A stretch of DNA of 64,000 nucleotides, from contig JASGHJ010000002.1 of the NCBI GenBank assembly GCA_047602405.1, forward strand, positions 1 to 64,000, read 5' to 3'. Shown piece by piece: positions 8,765 through 17,857 of this stretch. The position numbers and the translations under genes are program-made. The notes under the pieces were generated by a model. The model had not been told where the DNA came from. It did not search any database and worked only from the letters and a program-made list of their open reading frames with translations. Source of the stretch: Anaeromyxobacteraceae bacterium (GTDB taxonomy: Bacteria > Myxococcota > Myxococcia > Myxococcales > Anaeromyxobacteraceae). Each line of letters begins with the position of its first letter. Within the stretch, counting starts at the first letter, position 1.

Positions 8765-8990
8765 TCCGCCTCCGACTCCGCCTCCGCCCTCCGATTCCGA
8801 CTTTGTCTCCGCCTCCGACTCCGCCTCCGACTCCGCCTCCGCCTCCGCGTCCGACTCCGACTCCGACTCCGACTCCGACTCCGACTCCGACTCCGCCCTC
8901 CGATTCCGACTCCGCCTCCGACTCAACGGTCCCGATCCGAGATCCCTGTCCCGCTCCCCGCTCCCGCTCCCGCTCCCGCTCCCCGCTCCC
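8765..8990 (-). repeat. Hexamer tandem arrays: (TCCGAC/TCCGCC)n at 8765-8924, then (CCCGCT)n at ~8950-8990
   Basis: On the minus strand these read CGGAGT/CGGAGG/CGGAAT, the same unit family as 7283-7493 in inverted orientation. Confidence 0.9.
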
Positions 8991-9064
8991 CGTCCCACGC
9001 CGTCCCCCTCGCCCCCCACCCGGCGCTGCCCCCCGCCCTCCGCTTCGGCTACGCTGCCCGTACC

Positions 9065-9490
9065 GTGTGGACGCTCGAGCCCCGTGCCCCCACCGCGCAC
9101 CTGCTCGCCGTGGGCGCCTACCTCGCGGCCGTCGCGGCCTTCCTGCTGGTCCAGGAGATCGGCATCCGCCTGCAGCGCGAGGAGCACCGGGCCTGGTGGG
9201 CCGGCAGCGGCCGCGATCTCCTGAACGTGGGCGGCCTCCTCGCCATCGCCTCGGCCCTGCGCGCGCTCGGCCTCTCCTGGCCCGCGGCGCTGCTCGTCGG
9301 CGGCACGCTGACGCTCGCGATGTTCGGCGCCTCCGTCTTCATCGGCATCCAGCTCGAGTGGGCCCACCGCCGCGCGTGGTCGTTCTTCGCGGGGCTCCTG
9401 TGCGCCATCCCCACGCTCGTCTGGCTCGATGGCGTGGTGGCCGCGTTCGCGGCGGCCACCGCGCGGCTCTTCCCCGGCTTCGGCCCCTGA
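9065..9490 (+). CDS. Hypothetical integral membrane protein (~4 TM)
   Basis: Hydrophobic segments and coding-like codon pattern. Confidence 0.75.
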   Translation: MWTLEPRAPTAHLLAVGAYLAAVAAFLLVQEIGIRLQREEHRAWWAGSGRDLLNVGGLLAIASALRALGLSWPAALLVGGTLTLAMFGASVFIGIQLEWAHRRAWSFFAGLLCAIPTLVWLDGVVAAFAAATARLFPGFGP

Positions 9491-9504
9491 CCGCGGAGCT
9501 CCCC

Positions 9505-10668
9505 TTGCGCCGGATCGCCCTCCTCGCCGCGGCCCTCGCCCTCGCCTCCTGCCGCCACGCCCCGCCGGCGCAGCCCGCGGCGGCGCCGGTCTCGCTCTCC
9601 GATCACCCCGAGGTCGCCGCCTGCCGCGCGAACCCGGCCGCGTGCCATCCGGCAGCGCTGCGCGCGCTGCGCGGGGAGGGTGCCTTCCAGGGCGACTGGG
9701 CGGGGGCCGCGTTCCTGTTCGCCGGGTGCGAGGGCGGACACCCCGCCTCCTGCGCCGATCTCGGCGCCCTCCTCGAGGAGGGGCGCGGCGTGGCCGCCGA
9801 CCTCGGCCGGGCCTGCGAGCTCGGGCGCACGAAGGCCTGCGTTCGCGCCCGGCGCTCGCCGCCGTTCGCGCCCGCCGCGCGCACCGACCCGCTCCCGCCG
9901 CCGCTCCCGGCGCGGACGGCTGCGCCGCCGGATCCCGCGGACGCCGCCCGGTTCGCCGGGTGGGCCTGGGCCGCGCTCTACCCGGAGCAGCACGCGGCGC
10001 TCGGCCTGACCCGCGAGGCGCTCGCGGCCCGGCCGCCGGCGCCTGCGGACGAGCGGGCGCTGCTGGGCCTCGTCGCGTCGCGCCGGATGCGCGGGCTCGA
10101 GGCCTGCGTCCCGGCGAGCGTCACGGGCGGCGAGGCGCGCGTCGCGGCGGTCGCGGCGTTCCGCGTCGGCGCGGGCGGGAAGGTGGAGGAGCCCGCGGTG
10201 CGCGTGAAGCTCGCCGCGCCCGCGGCGCTCGCGGAGGGGTGGGAGCGCTGCGCCGAGGCCGCGCTCGCCGGGTGGGCGCTGCCGCTCGCGCCGAGCGGCG
10301 GGCGGCTCTGGCTCGGCTTCCAGGGGAGCGGGCCCGCCGTGGCGGCCGACGGCGAGGGCTGGCCGATGGCGGCGGGGACCGGTCTCCACGCGCCGGCGCT
10401 CGTGGATCCCGCGTGCTTCCACGATCACCTCTCGATGCCCTACGGCGACCTCGGCTGGAGCGGCGACGCGGTCGCGCGGCTCACGGTGCGCGCCGACGGC
10501 CGCCCGGCGTGGTTCTCGATGACGGCGCGCGGCGGGGTGCCGCCGGGCGTGGTCGAGGCGGCGTGGAAGGCGGTGCAGCGGTGCGCGTGGCGCCCGGGGC
10601 GGGACGCGCTCGGCGCGAGCGCGCTCGTCTGGCGGGTGATGCCGCTCCGGTTCCGCGAGGGGGAGTGA
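9505..10668 (+). CDS. Lipoprotein with Sel1-like repeats and TonB-C/AgmX-like C-terminal domains
   Basis: TTG 9505 after GGAG; lipobox LASC; CADLGALLEEGRGV and RACELG Sel1-like motifs; ends VMPLRFR. Confidence 0.65.
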   Translation: MRRIALLAAALALASCRHAPPAQPAAAPVSLSDHPEVAACRANPAACHPAALRALRGEGAFQGDWAGAAFLFAGCEGGHPASCADLGALLEEGRGVAADLGRACELGRTKACVRARRSPPFAPAARTDPLPPPLPARTAAPPDPADAARFAGWAWAALYPEQHAALGLTREALAARPPAPADERALLGLVASRRMRGLEACVPASVTGGEARVAAVAAFRVGAGGKVEEPAVRVKLAAPAALAEGWERCAEAALAGWALPLAPSGGRLWLGFQGSGPAVAADGEGWPMAAGTGLHAPALVDPACFHDHLSMPYGDLGWSGDAVARLTVRADGRPAWFSMTARGGVPPGVVEAAWKAVQRCAWRPGRDALGASALVWRVMPLRFREGE

Positions 10669-10671
10669 GGC

Positions 10672-11847
10672 ATGGCGGCGACGCTGAAGTCCTTCTTCGG
10701 CCGGGAGGTCGTCGAGCAGATCGCCGCCGCGGTCGCGGCGGTCCACCCGCCCTTCGCGCGCGACGCGTTCGTCGCGGACGCGCTCCGCGGCCTCTCGGCG
10801 AAGGAGCTCCTCGCGCGCGGCGTGCACGTGGCCGAGGCGCTCCGCAAGCACCTGCCGGCCGGCTACCCGGAGGCGGTCGAGATCCTGGTGCGCTCGCTCG
10901 GGCCCGAGCTCGACGCGCCGGACGTCTCGGGCCAGGGCATGGCGCCCTTCGCCTACCTGCCGCACGTCGCCTTCGTGCGCGACCACGGCGCCGCGCACTT
11001 CGAGGCCTCGATGCGCGCGAACCACGCGCTCACCCGGCGCTTCACCGCCGAGTGGTCGATCCGGCCGTTCCTCGCCCGGCACCGGGAGCGCACCTTCGCG
11101 CTCCTCGCGGAGTGGGCGCGCGATCCGTCGGTGCACGTCCGCCGGCTCGTCTCCGAGGGTACGCGGCCGCGGTTGCCCTGGGCGGCGCAGGTGCCCGGCC
11201 TCCGGGAGGATCCGGAGCCCGGGCTCGCCCTCCTCGAGCTCCTCAAGGACGACCCCGAGGAGTACGTCCGCCGCTCGGTCGCGAACCACCTCAACGACGT
11301 CGCGAAGGACCACCCGGACCGCGTGGTGGAGCTCTGCCGCCGCTGGCTCGAGGATCCCACCCCGGAGCGGACGCGGCTCGTGCGCCACGCGCTGCGCTTC
11401 CTCGTGAAGCGCGGGCACCCGGGCGCGCTCGCGCTGCTCGGCCACGGCGAGCCGCCCCGCATCGCGGTGGTCGAGGCGACCGCGTCGCCGGCGCGGGTCC
11501 GCATCGGGGGCAAGGTCGCGGTGCGGGCGGTGCTCCGGTCCAGGTCGCGCACGGCCCAGCGCCTCGCGGTCGATCTCGCCGTCCACTTCGTGAAGAAGGA
11601 CGGCGCCGCGCGCGCGAAGGTGATGAAGGGCCGCGTCGTCGCGCTCGGGCCCGGAGAGACCGCCACGGTCGCGAAGACGATCTCGCTCGCGGTCCACTCG
11701 ACGCGCAAGCCGTACCCCGGCCCGCACGCGGTGGACCTCCTCGTGAACGGGAAGCGCTACCCGGGGCCGCGGTTCACGGTGCTGGCCGGCGAGGCTCCGG
11801 CGTCGCCGCGGAGGGGGCGGGCGCTCCCGTCCCGGCGGGCGCGGTAG
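10672..11847 (+). CDS. DNA alkylation repair protein (AlkC-like HEAT-repeat glycosylase)
   Basis: TRRFTAEWSIRPF, HVRRLVSEGTRPRLPW, YVRRSVANHLND; C-terminal Ig-like domain (STRKPYPGPH). Confidence 0.88.
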   Translation: MAATLKSFFGREVVEQIAAAVAAVHPPFARDAFVADALRGLSAKELLARGVHVAEALRKHLPAGYPEAVEILVRSLGPELDAPDVSGQGMAPFAYLPHVAFVRDHGAAHFEASMRANHALTRRFTAEWSIRPFLARHRERTFALLAEWARDPSVHVRRLVSEGTRPRLPWAAQVPGLREDPEPGLALLELLKDDPEEYVRRSVANHLNDVAKDHPDRVVELCRRWLEDPTPERTRLVRHALRFLVKRGHPGALALLGHGEPPRIAVVEATASPARVRIGGKVAVRAVLRSRSRTAQRLAVDLAVHFVKKDGAARAKVMKGRVVALGPGETATVAKTISLAVHSTRKPYPGPHAVDLLVNGKRYPGPRFTVLAGEAPASPRRGRALPSRRAR

Positions 11848-13288
11848 GCGCGCCGCCCGCCGGCGCCGCGGGAGCGCCGCACTCCGCCTCGAGCTTCGCG
11901 AGACGCGCCTCGTAGGGCTGGCGCGTCGCGGCGTCGAGCCCGTCCGGCAACAGGTCCAGCGCCCGGCGCTGCACGTCGAGCGCCTGCCGGCACTTCCCCG
12001 CCGCGTGGAGGACCGAGGCGTGGACGTCGAGGACGGGCGGGCTCGTGGGCGAGAGGGCCGCCGCGCGGCGCGAGACGGGGAGCGCGTCGGCGGTGCGGCC
12101 GGTGACCGTCAGGAACCGCGCGAGGTCGGCGAGCGCGCCCGGGTGCTCGGGCGCGAGCTCGAGGGCGCGGCGGAGCGCCTGCTCCCGGGTGGCGGGATCG
12201 GCGGCGTGGTCCGCGGCGAGGAGCCACGCGCGGGGATCCCCGGGGTGGCCCTTCGTGGCCCGCGCGGCGAGCGCGCGGCCCTCGGCGGGGCTCCGCTCGG
12301 CGAGCACGCCGAGCGCGACCGGGTTGGCGGGATCCTCGGCGAGCGCCTCGTCGAGCTCCGCGCGCCAGGCGGCCGCGACGTCCTCGCGCTCCGGGTCGCG
12401 GCGCGGCAGCGCGAGGCGCAGCGCGTGGACCTCCGAGGCGGGCAGCGGCCGCTCCTCCACCTCGGGCTCGGCGCTCGGGACCGACATGGGTCCCTCGGCG
12501 AGCTTGCCCTTGGCGAGGTACGCGCCGACCTCCGCGTCGAGCGCGGCCATCGCGGCGGCGTCGTCCGGCGACCAGGCCGGGAAGGCCTCGCGCCAGGCGG
12601 CCTCGGGGTCGCCGCCGCGGGCGAGGCGCGACTCGAGCCGGCCGAGCTCCTGCGCGCGGCGGTGCGCGAGGAAGTGCACGAGCGCCCACGCGAGCCCCTG
12701 CTCGCGCGCGCCGTCGAGCGGTCCGCGCGCGCGGAGCACGGCGGCGAGCCCGCCGGGCCACGGGGTCACCGCGGCGAGGCGGTTCGCGGGCACGCGCCCG
12801 ACCTGGAGGTCGCCGTCGCCGAGCGTCTCGAGGTAGGCCGCCATGCCCTCCGCGAACCAGCGCGGCTGCCGCACGAACACGCGGCCGATGACGTGGCGCG
12901 CGAGCGCGTTCGCGGCGGCGATCCGCGCGGCGTCGCCGGAGCCGGTCGAGAGGACCAGCGTGGCCCGCGCGTCGACGACCACCTCGAACGCCGCCGCGCC
13001 GCCCGGGCCGAAGGCGCGGTAGTCGGCGGCGGAGGCGAGGGCGACGACCGGCACCCGCCCCGGCACCGGCGGCGGCGTCCGGAAGAGCGCGCTGCGGAGC
13101 GCGAGCTGGAGCCGCTCGAGCTCGCGCGCGAGGGCGCGGGCCTCGGCCGACGGCGCGTCGGTCGCGATCCGGAAGTGCTCGGTCGTGACCTCGCGCCAGG
13201 CGGGGCCGCCGCGCGCCTCGCAGCGCCAGCCGGCAGCGCCGGCGAGCGCGGGCAGGAGGAGGGCCGCGAGGGCGAGCGTGGCCCTCAC
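11774..13288 (-). CDS. Secreted DUF1570-like/TPR protein, paralog 5 (HExxH lost)
   Basis: GTG 13288 overlapping the previous stop; ANALARH in place of AHELxH; QPRWFAEGMA retained; C-terminal TPRs. Confidence 0.8.
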   Translation of the reverse strand: MRATLALAALLLPALAGAAGWRCEARGGPAWREVTTEHFRIATDAPSAEARALARELERLQLALRSALFRTPPPVPGRVPVVALASAADYRAFGPGGAAAFEVVVDARATLVLSTGSGDAARIAAANALARHVIGRVFVRQPRWFAEGMAAYLETLGDGDLQVGRVPANRLAAVTPWPGGLAAVLRARGPLDGAREQGLAWALVHFLAHRRAQELGRLESRLARGGDPEAAWREAFPAWSPDDAAAMAALDAEVGAYLAKGKLAEGPMSVPSAEPEVEERPLPASEVHALRLALPRRDPEREDVAAAWRAELDEALAEDPANPVALGVLAERSPAEGRALAARATKGHPGDPRAWLLAADHAADPATREQALRRALELAPEHPGALADLARFLTVTGRTADALPVSRRAAALSPTSPPVLDVHASVLHAAGKCRQALDVQRRALDLLPDGLDAATRQPYEARLAKLEAECGAPAAPAGGAPTAPAGTGAPAPSAATPEPRRPAP

Positions 13289-14802
13289 GGCGAGGCTCCG
13301 GGTCCGGGCGCAGCCGTGCCGGCGGGTGCCGGCGGCGACCCGCAGCGCTGCTCGAGCTCCGCGAGCTGCCTCGAGATCGGCTCCGCCCAGGGCTCCTCGA
13401 GCCGGCCGGAGGCGATCTCGGCCGCATGCCGCTGGGCGGCGAGCGCGTCCGGGCAGCGGCCGAGCGCGAGCAGCGCGCTCGCACGGACGTGGGGCGGCCA
13501 CGGGCTCGCGGGCGCCCGCGTGGCCGCGGTCGTGACGAGCTCGAGCGCCTCCTCGGGCCGAGCCGCGCCGACCAGCTCCTTCGCGAGCGCGACGAGGGTG
13601 GCCGTGTCCTGCGGGCGCTCCTCGAGCGCGCGCCGCAGCGTCGCGACCCGCCCCGCGTGATCGTCCGCAGGCATGGCCACGGCCGCGAGGCGCCAGGCGC
13701 GCGGGTCGTGCGGGTGGGCCGCGGTGGCCCGCCGGGCGAGGTCGCCGATCTCGGCGGGGGCGAAGGCGGCGCGCGTGACGAGGGCGGTCAGCTGCGCGGG
13801 GTCCTCGGCGAGGGCCTCGTCGGTCTCGGCCAGCACCTCGGCCTTGAAGGCGACCAGGCTCTTCTCGAGGCTCCGGTCGACGAGCCTCGGGTAGCGCGGC
13901 AGCTCGAGCCGGATCCCGTGGACCTCGGGTGGCGTGAGCGGCCGCTCCTCCACGCCGCCGAAGGCGGGGAGCGCCACCCGCCGGTACTGGTAGGTGCCGC
14001 CCTGCATGTAGGCCCGCAGGCGCCGGTCGAGGTCCTTCATCCCGTCGTCGGAGGCGGGGTCCCAGCGCGGGAACGTCGCCCGCCAGGCCGCCGCGGGATC
14101 CTCGGCGGCCGCGAAGCGCCGCTGGAGCTCGGCGAAGCCGGCCTTCTCGTGGTTCGAGATGTAGTGGACGATCGCCCAGGCGACGGCGTACTCCGCCGTG
14201 TTGAGGCTGCGGGTGGCCGTGAGGACCTGCCGCACGCGCGCCGCGGACGAGGTGACGGACGACGCGGCGCGAGGCCGGCCGCCGATCGTCGGGTCCTCGG
14301 TCCACAGGAACGCACCGCGCGAGGCGATCGACTCCATGTAGACCGCCATGCCCTCGGCGAACCAGAGCGGCTGCCGCCTGAACACCTGCGCGAGCACGTG
14401 GTGCGTGAGCTCGTGCGCGAGCGTCTCCCGGGTGCGGAGATCGATCGGGCCGTGCAGCACCACGATCGGCGCGTCGGAGTTCATGAAGTAGTAGGCCGCC
14501 GCCATGGGCGGCGCGAACGGCTCGAATTCGGCCCGGTTCCGGAAGGCGGTGACGTGCAGCGGCTCCTGGACCGGCGGCGGGTTCCGGAAGAACGCGCGGC
14601 GGATCGCCTCGTGGAGCCGCTCGAGCTCCTGCGCGATGCTGGCAGCCTCGCTCGGGCCGAGGTCGGTCCGGACGACGAGGGTCTGCGTGCGGACCTCGCG
14701 CCACGGGGTCCCGCCGCGGGCGGGGCACGTGAATCGGGTGGTCGCGCAGCCGGTCGAGAGGGCCGCGGCGGCCAGCACGGCCGCGAGGGTCCGGGAGGTC
14801 AT
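13285..14802 (-). CDS. Lipoprotein DUF1570-like zincin/TPR protein, paralog 4
   Basis: LSTGC lipobox; AHELTH; QPLWFAEGMA; TPRs. Confidence 0.82.
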   Translation of the reverse strand: MTSRTLAAVLAAAALSTGCATTRFTCPARGGTPWREVRTQTLVVRTDLGPSEAASIAQELERLHEAIRRAFFRNPPPVQEPLHVTAFRNRAEFEPFAPPMAAAYYFMNSDAPIVVLHGPIDLRTRETLAHELTHHVLAQVFRRQPLWFAEGMAVYMESIASRGAFLWTEDPTIGGRPRAASSVTSSAARVRQVLTATRSLNTAEYAVAWAIVHYISNHEKAGFAELQRRFAAAEDPAAAWRATFPRWDPASDDGMKDLDRRLRAYMQGGTYQYRRVALPAFGGVEERPLTPPEVHGIRLELPRYPRLVDRSLEKSLVAFKAEVLAETDEALAEDPAQLTALVTRAAFAPAEIGDLARRATAAHPHDPRAWRLAAVAMPADDHAGRVATLRRALEERPQDTATLVALAKELVGAARPEEALELVTTAATRAPASPWPPHVRASALLALGRCPDALAAQRHAAEIASGRLEEPWAEPISRQLAELEQRCGSPPAPAGTAAPGPGASP

Positions 14803-14891
14803 GGGCACCGCGATCGTAGCCGAGGCCGCCTCGTGACGGAGGGTGGAAGTGCGCCCCGGGAGGGTCTGGAGGAGGGCGGCGGTGAGCGTCT

Positions 14892-16346
14892 TCACGGCTT
14901 CGCCGCGGGCTTCGGCCCGCAGGAGGTCACCAGGGCCGAGAGCCGCTCGTAGTAGGGCATGCGCTCCTCCATGCTCGCGTGCTCGGAGAGCACGTCCACG
15001 GCGCGGCGCTCGGTCGCGAGCGCCTCCGGACACTGGCCGAGCCCCTGGAGCGCGCCCGCGTAGGTGTCGAGGACCGGGGCGCTCCACGGCGCGAGGAACG
15101 CGGCCTTGCGCGCGTGCGGGAGCGCCTCGCCCTCGCGCTCCGCCCGGACGAGGAACCAGGCGAGCTCGACGAGCGACTCGACGTCGTCCGGCGCGAGCTC
15201 GACGGCGCGGCGCAGCGCCTTCTCGGTCGCGGCGGCGTCGTCCGCGAAGCGGGCCGCGAGGAGCCACGCCCGCTCGCTCCCGGGGTGGGCCTCGACCGCC
15301 TTCCTCGCGAGCGCCTTGCCGTCGGCGCCGCGCGCCTCGGCGAGGAAGCGGAGCCCCTCGAGCTGGACAGGGTCCTCGGCGAGCGCCTCCTTGAACTCCG
15401 CGGCGGCGCGGCCCTCCGACCGCGCCGCGCCGATGGCCGGCAGCCGCGCGCGCAGCGCGTGGACCTCGGCCGGGGGCAGGGGCCGCTCGGAGACGGCGTG
15501 GTCCTTCTGCAGGGTGACGGTCCGGTAGGCGAAGCGGCCGCCGGCGACGTGGTGGCCGACCTCGCGGTCGAGGTCCTCCATCCCGGCCTCGCTCGCGGGG
15601 TCCCACTTCGGGAACACGGCGAGCCAGGCCGCGGCCGGGTCCTCGCCCTTCCCGAGGCGCGCCTGGAACTGCCCGAACTCGGCGCCGCGCGCCTGGATGA
15701 GGTAGTGCACGAGCGCCCACGCGAGGCCGTACTGCCGGTGGTCGGCGAGCCCGTCCCGGGCCCGGAGCACCTCCCCGATCCCGCCGTGGTACGGGTACAC
15801 GGTCCTGTGGCGGTGCGGCGGCACGCCGCCCACGGTCGGCGTCGCGTCGGGGCCGTTGAGGCCCACGGTCTCGAGGTAGCAGGCGAGCCCCTCCGAGAAC
15901 CACCGGGGCTGCCGCGGGAAGACGCGCGCGAGCAGCTGGTGGCCGAGCTCGTGCGCGACGACGATGCGCGTGTACTCCGCGAACTCACCGTGCATCACCA
16001 CGGTCGGCCGCCCGTCCGAGATGGCGAAGTAGGCGTCGACCTCGTCCGGCGCGAAGGCGCGGTAGTCCTCCTCCGAGCGGAAGGCGACCACGCGCACGAG
16101 CCCGGGCATCGGCGGGGGCGTGCGAAAGAGCGCCCCACGCACGGCCGCGTGCATCGTCTCGAGCTCGACGGCGAGGTCCTTCGCCGCGCCGGAGGAGAGG
16201 TCGGTCGCGACGCGGAAGTGCTCGGTCGAGAGCTCGCGCCACTCGCGGCCGCCCTTCGCGGAGCACTTCCAGTCGCCCGCGGCGGCGCGGGCGGGGACGG
16301 ACGTCGCGAGGAGCACGGCGAGGGCGGCGGCGGGACGTGGGGTCAT
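14892..16346 (-). CDS. Secreted DUF1570-like zincin/TPR protein, paralog 3
   Basis: Signal peptide; AHELGH; QPRWFSEGLA; TPRs. Confidence 0.82.
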   Translation of the reverse strand: MTPRPAAALAVLLATSVPARAAAGDWKCSAKGGREWRELSTEHFRVATDLSSGAAKDLAVELETMHAAVRGALFRTPPPMPGLVRVVAFRSEEDYRAFAPDEVDAYFAISDGRPTVVMHGEFAEYTRIVVAHELGHQLLARVFPRQPRWFSEGLACYLETVGLNGPDATPTVGGVPPHRHRTVYPYHGGIGEVLRARDGLADHRQYGLAWALVHYLIQARGAEFGQFQARLGKGEDPAAAWLAVFPKWDPASEAGMEDLDREVGHHVAGGRFAYRTVTLQKDHAVSERPLPPAEVHALRARLPAIGAARSEGRAAAEFKEALAEDPVQLEGLRFLAEARGADGKALARKAVEAHPGSERAWLLAARFADDAAATEKALRRAVELAPDDVESLVELAWFLVRAEREGEALPHARKAAFLAPWSAPVLDTYAGALQGLGQCPEALATERRAVDVLSEHASMEERMPYYERLSALVTSCGPKPAAKP

Positions 16347-17857
16347 GGGGCTCCAGGGAGCGAGGTCGAAGGGGCGGGACAGGTCTCGTCGATCGGCGCG
16401 AGGGCCCGGAGCGCCTCGCGGGCGCCGCCGGCCTCGCCGACGCCGGCGACGTCGAGGGCCCGGCGGCGGGCGGCGAGCGCCTCCGGGCACCGTCCGGCGG
16501 CGGCGAGCGCCCGGGCGTGCACGATCCCCACCTGCGGGTGCCACGGCGCGAGCGCGCTCGCGCGGGCCGCCACCTCGACGGCCTCCGCGGCGCGGCCCGT
16601 CTCGAGCAGGAGCCGCGTGAGCTCCACGAGCGTTGCCGGGTGATCGGGGCGGGCATCGAGCGCGCGCCGGAGCGCGGCCTCGCGCGCGGCGGGGTCGTCC
16701 TGGATCGTCCAGGAGAGGAAGAGCCAGGCGCGGGGGTCGGCCGGGTTGGCCTCGGCGGCGCGCCGCGCGAGCGCGGGGGCCTCGCCGGGCTCGAGCTCGG
16801 CCCGGCGCATGAGCGCGAGGAGGTTGCCCGGGTCCTCGCCGAGCGCCTCGTCGACCTCCTTGCGCAGCTCCTCGTCGAGGACGGCCGGCGCCGTGACGCG
16901 CTCGAGCCCCTCGCGCGCGTAGCGCGTGAGCTCGAGGCGCGTCGCGTGGACCTCGGAGGAGGACAGGAGCCGCTCGCCGACCGCGGGCGTGGGCCCGAGC
17001 GGCACCGGGCGGTCGGCCACCTCGTCCCCCTCGATGTGCGCGCGGAGCTCCGCCTCGAGCGCGCGCATGCCTGCGGGCGAGGCCGGATCCCAGCGGGGGA
17101 ACGTGGCCCGCCATGCGTCGAGCGGCTCCTCGCCCGCGGCGAAGCGGCCCTGGAGCGCCCGGAAGGCGTCCGGGTACCGGGCCGAGAGGAGGTGGACCAC
17201 GGACCAGGCGAGGGTGTAGTCGATCGCGCTCACGCCCGGGGGCGCCGTGAGCGTCCACGCGAGCGTGTCCGGCGTGAGGATCTTCCGGACCTTCGCCTTC
17301 CGCTCGACGACGCCCTGCCGCACCCAGTCCTCGGACATCCCCGCCCGGTCCACGCGGGTGGCCATGCCCTCGGCGAACCAGCGCGGCTGGCGGCGCATCA
17401 CGAGCGCGAGCTCGTGGTGCGCGAGTTCGTGCGCGACGATCCGGTGCACGTGGTCGGCGCTCCCGCGCTTCACCCGCGCGCGGACCCACGAGGCCAGCAC
17501 GATGACCGGCTCGTTCATGAGCGATCGGCCGTGGTAGGCCGCCGCGTCCCGCGGCGCGAAGGCCGCGAACTCGGTCTTCGACCGGAACGCGACCACGCGG
17601 ATGCGCGGGCCGGCCGGCGGCGGAGGGTCGAGCGCGAGCGCGGCGTTCACCGCCTCGTGGATGCGCTCCATCTGGATCGCGAGCTCCCGCGCCTCGCCTT
17701 CGGGCGCGTTCGTCCGGATCGTGAACGACGGGGTCTGGAGCTCGCGCCAGGCGGCCCCCCCGCGGGCGGGGCAGGTGAAGCCCCAGCCCAGGTACGCGCA
17801 GCCGGGGGCGGCGAGCGCGAGGGCGGCGAGGAGCGCGCGGGGAACGCGTCCGGTCAC
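16343..17857 (-). CDS. Lipoprotein DUF1570-like zincin/TPR protein, paralog 2
   Basis: GTG 17857; APGC; AHELAH; QPRWFAEGMA; TPRs. Confidence 0.82.
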   Translation of the reverse strand: MTGRVPRALLAALALAAPGCAYLGWGFTCPARGGAAWRELQTPSFTIRTNAPEGEARELAIQMERIHEAVNAALALDPPPPAGPRIRVVAFRSKTEFAAFAPRDAAAYHGRSLMNEPVIVLASWVRARVKRGSADHVHRIVAHELAHHELALVMRRQPRWFAEGMATRVDRAGMSEDWVRQGVVERKAKVRKILTPDTLAWTLTAPPGVSAIDYTLAWSVVHLLSARYPDAFRALQGRFAAGEEPLDAWRATFPRWDPASPAGMRALEAELRAHIEGDEVADRPVPLGPTPAVGERLLSSSEVHATRLELTRYAREGLERVTAPAVLDEELRKEVDEALGEDPGNLLALMRRAELEPGEAPALARRAAEANPADPRAWLFLSWTIQDDPAAREAALRRALDARPDHPATLVELTRLLLETGRAAEAVEVAARASALAPWHPQVGIVHARALAAAGRCPEALAARRRALDVAGVGEAGGAREALRALAPIDETCPAPSTSLPGAP

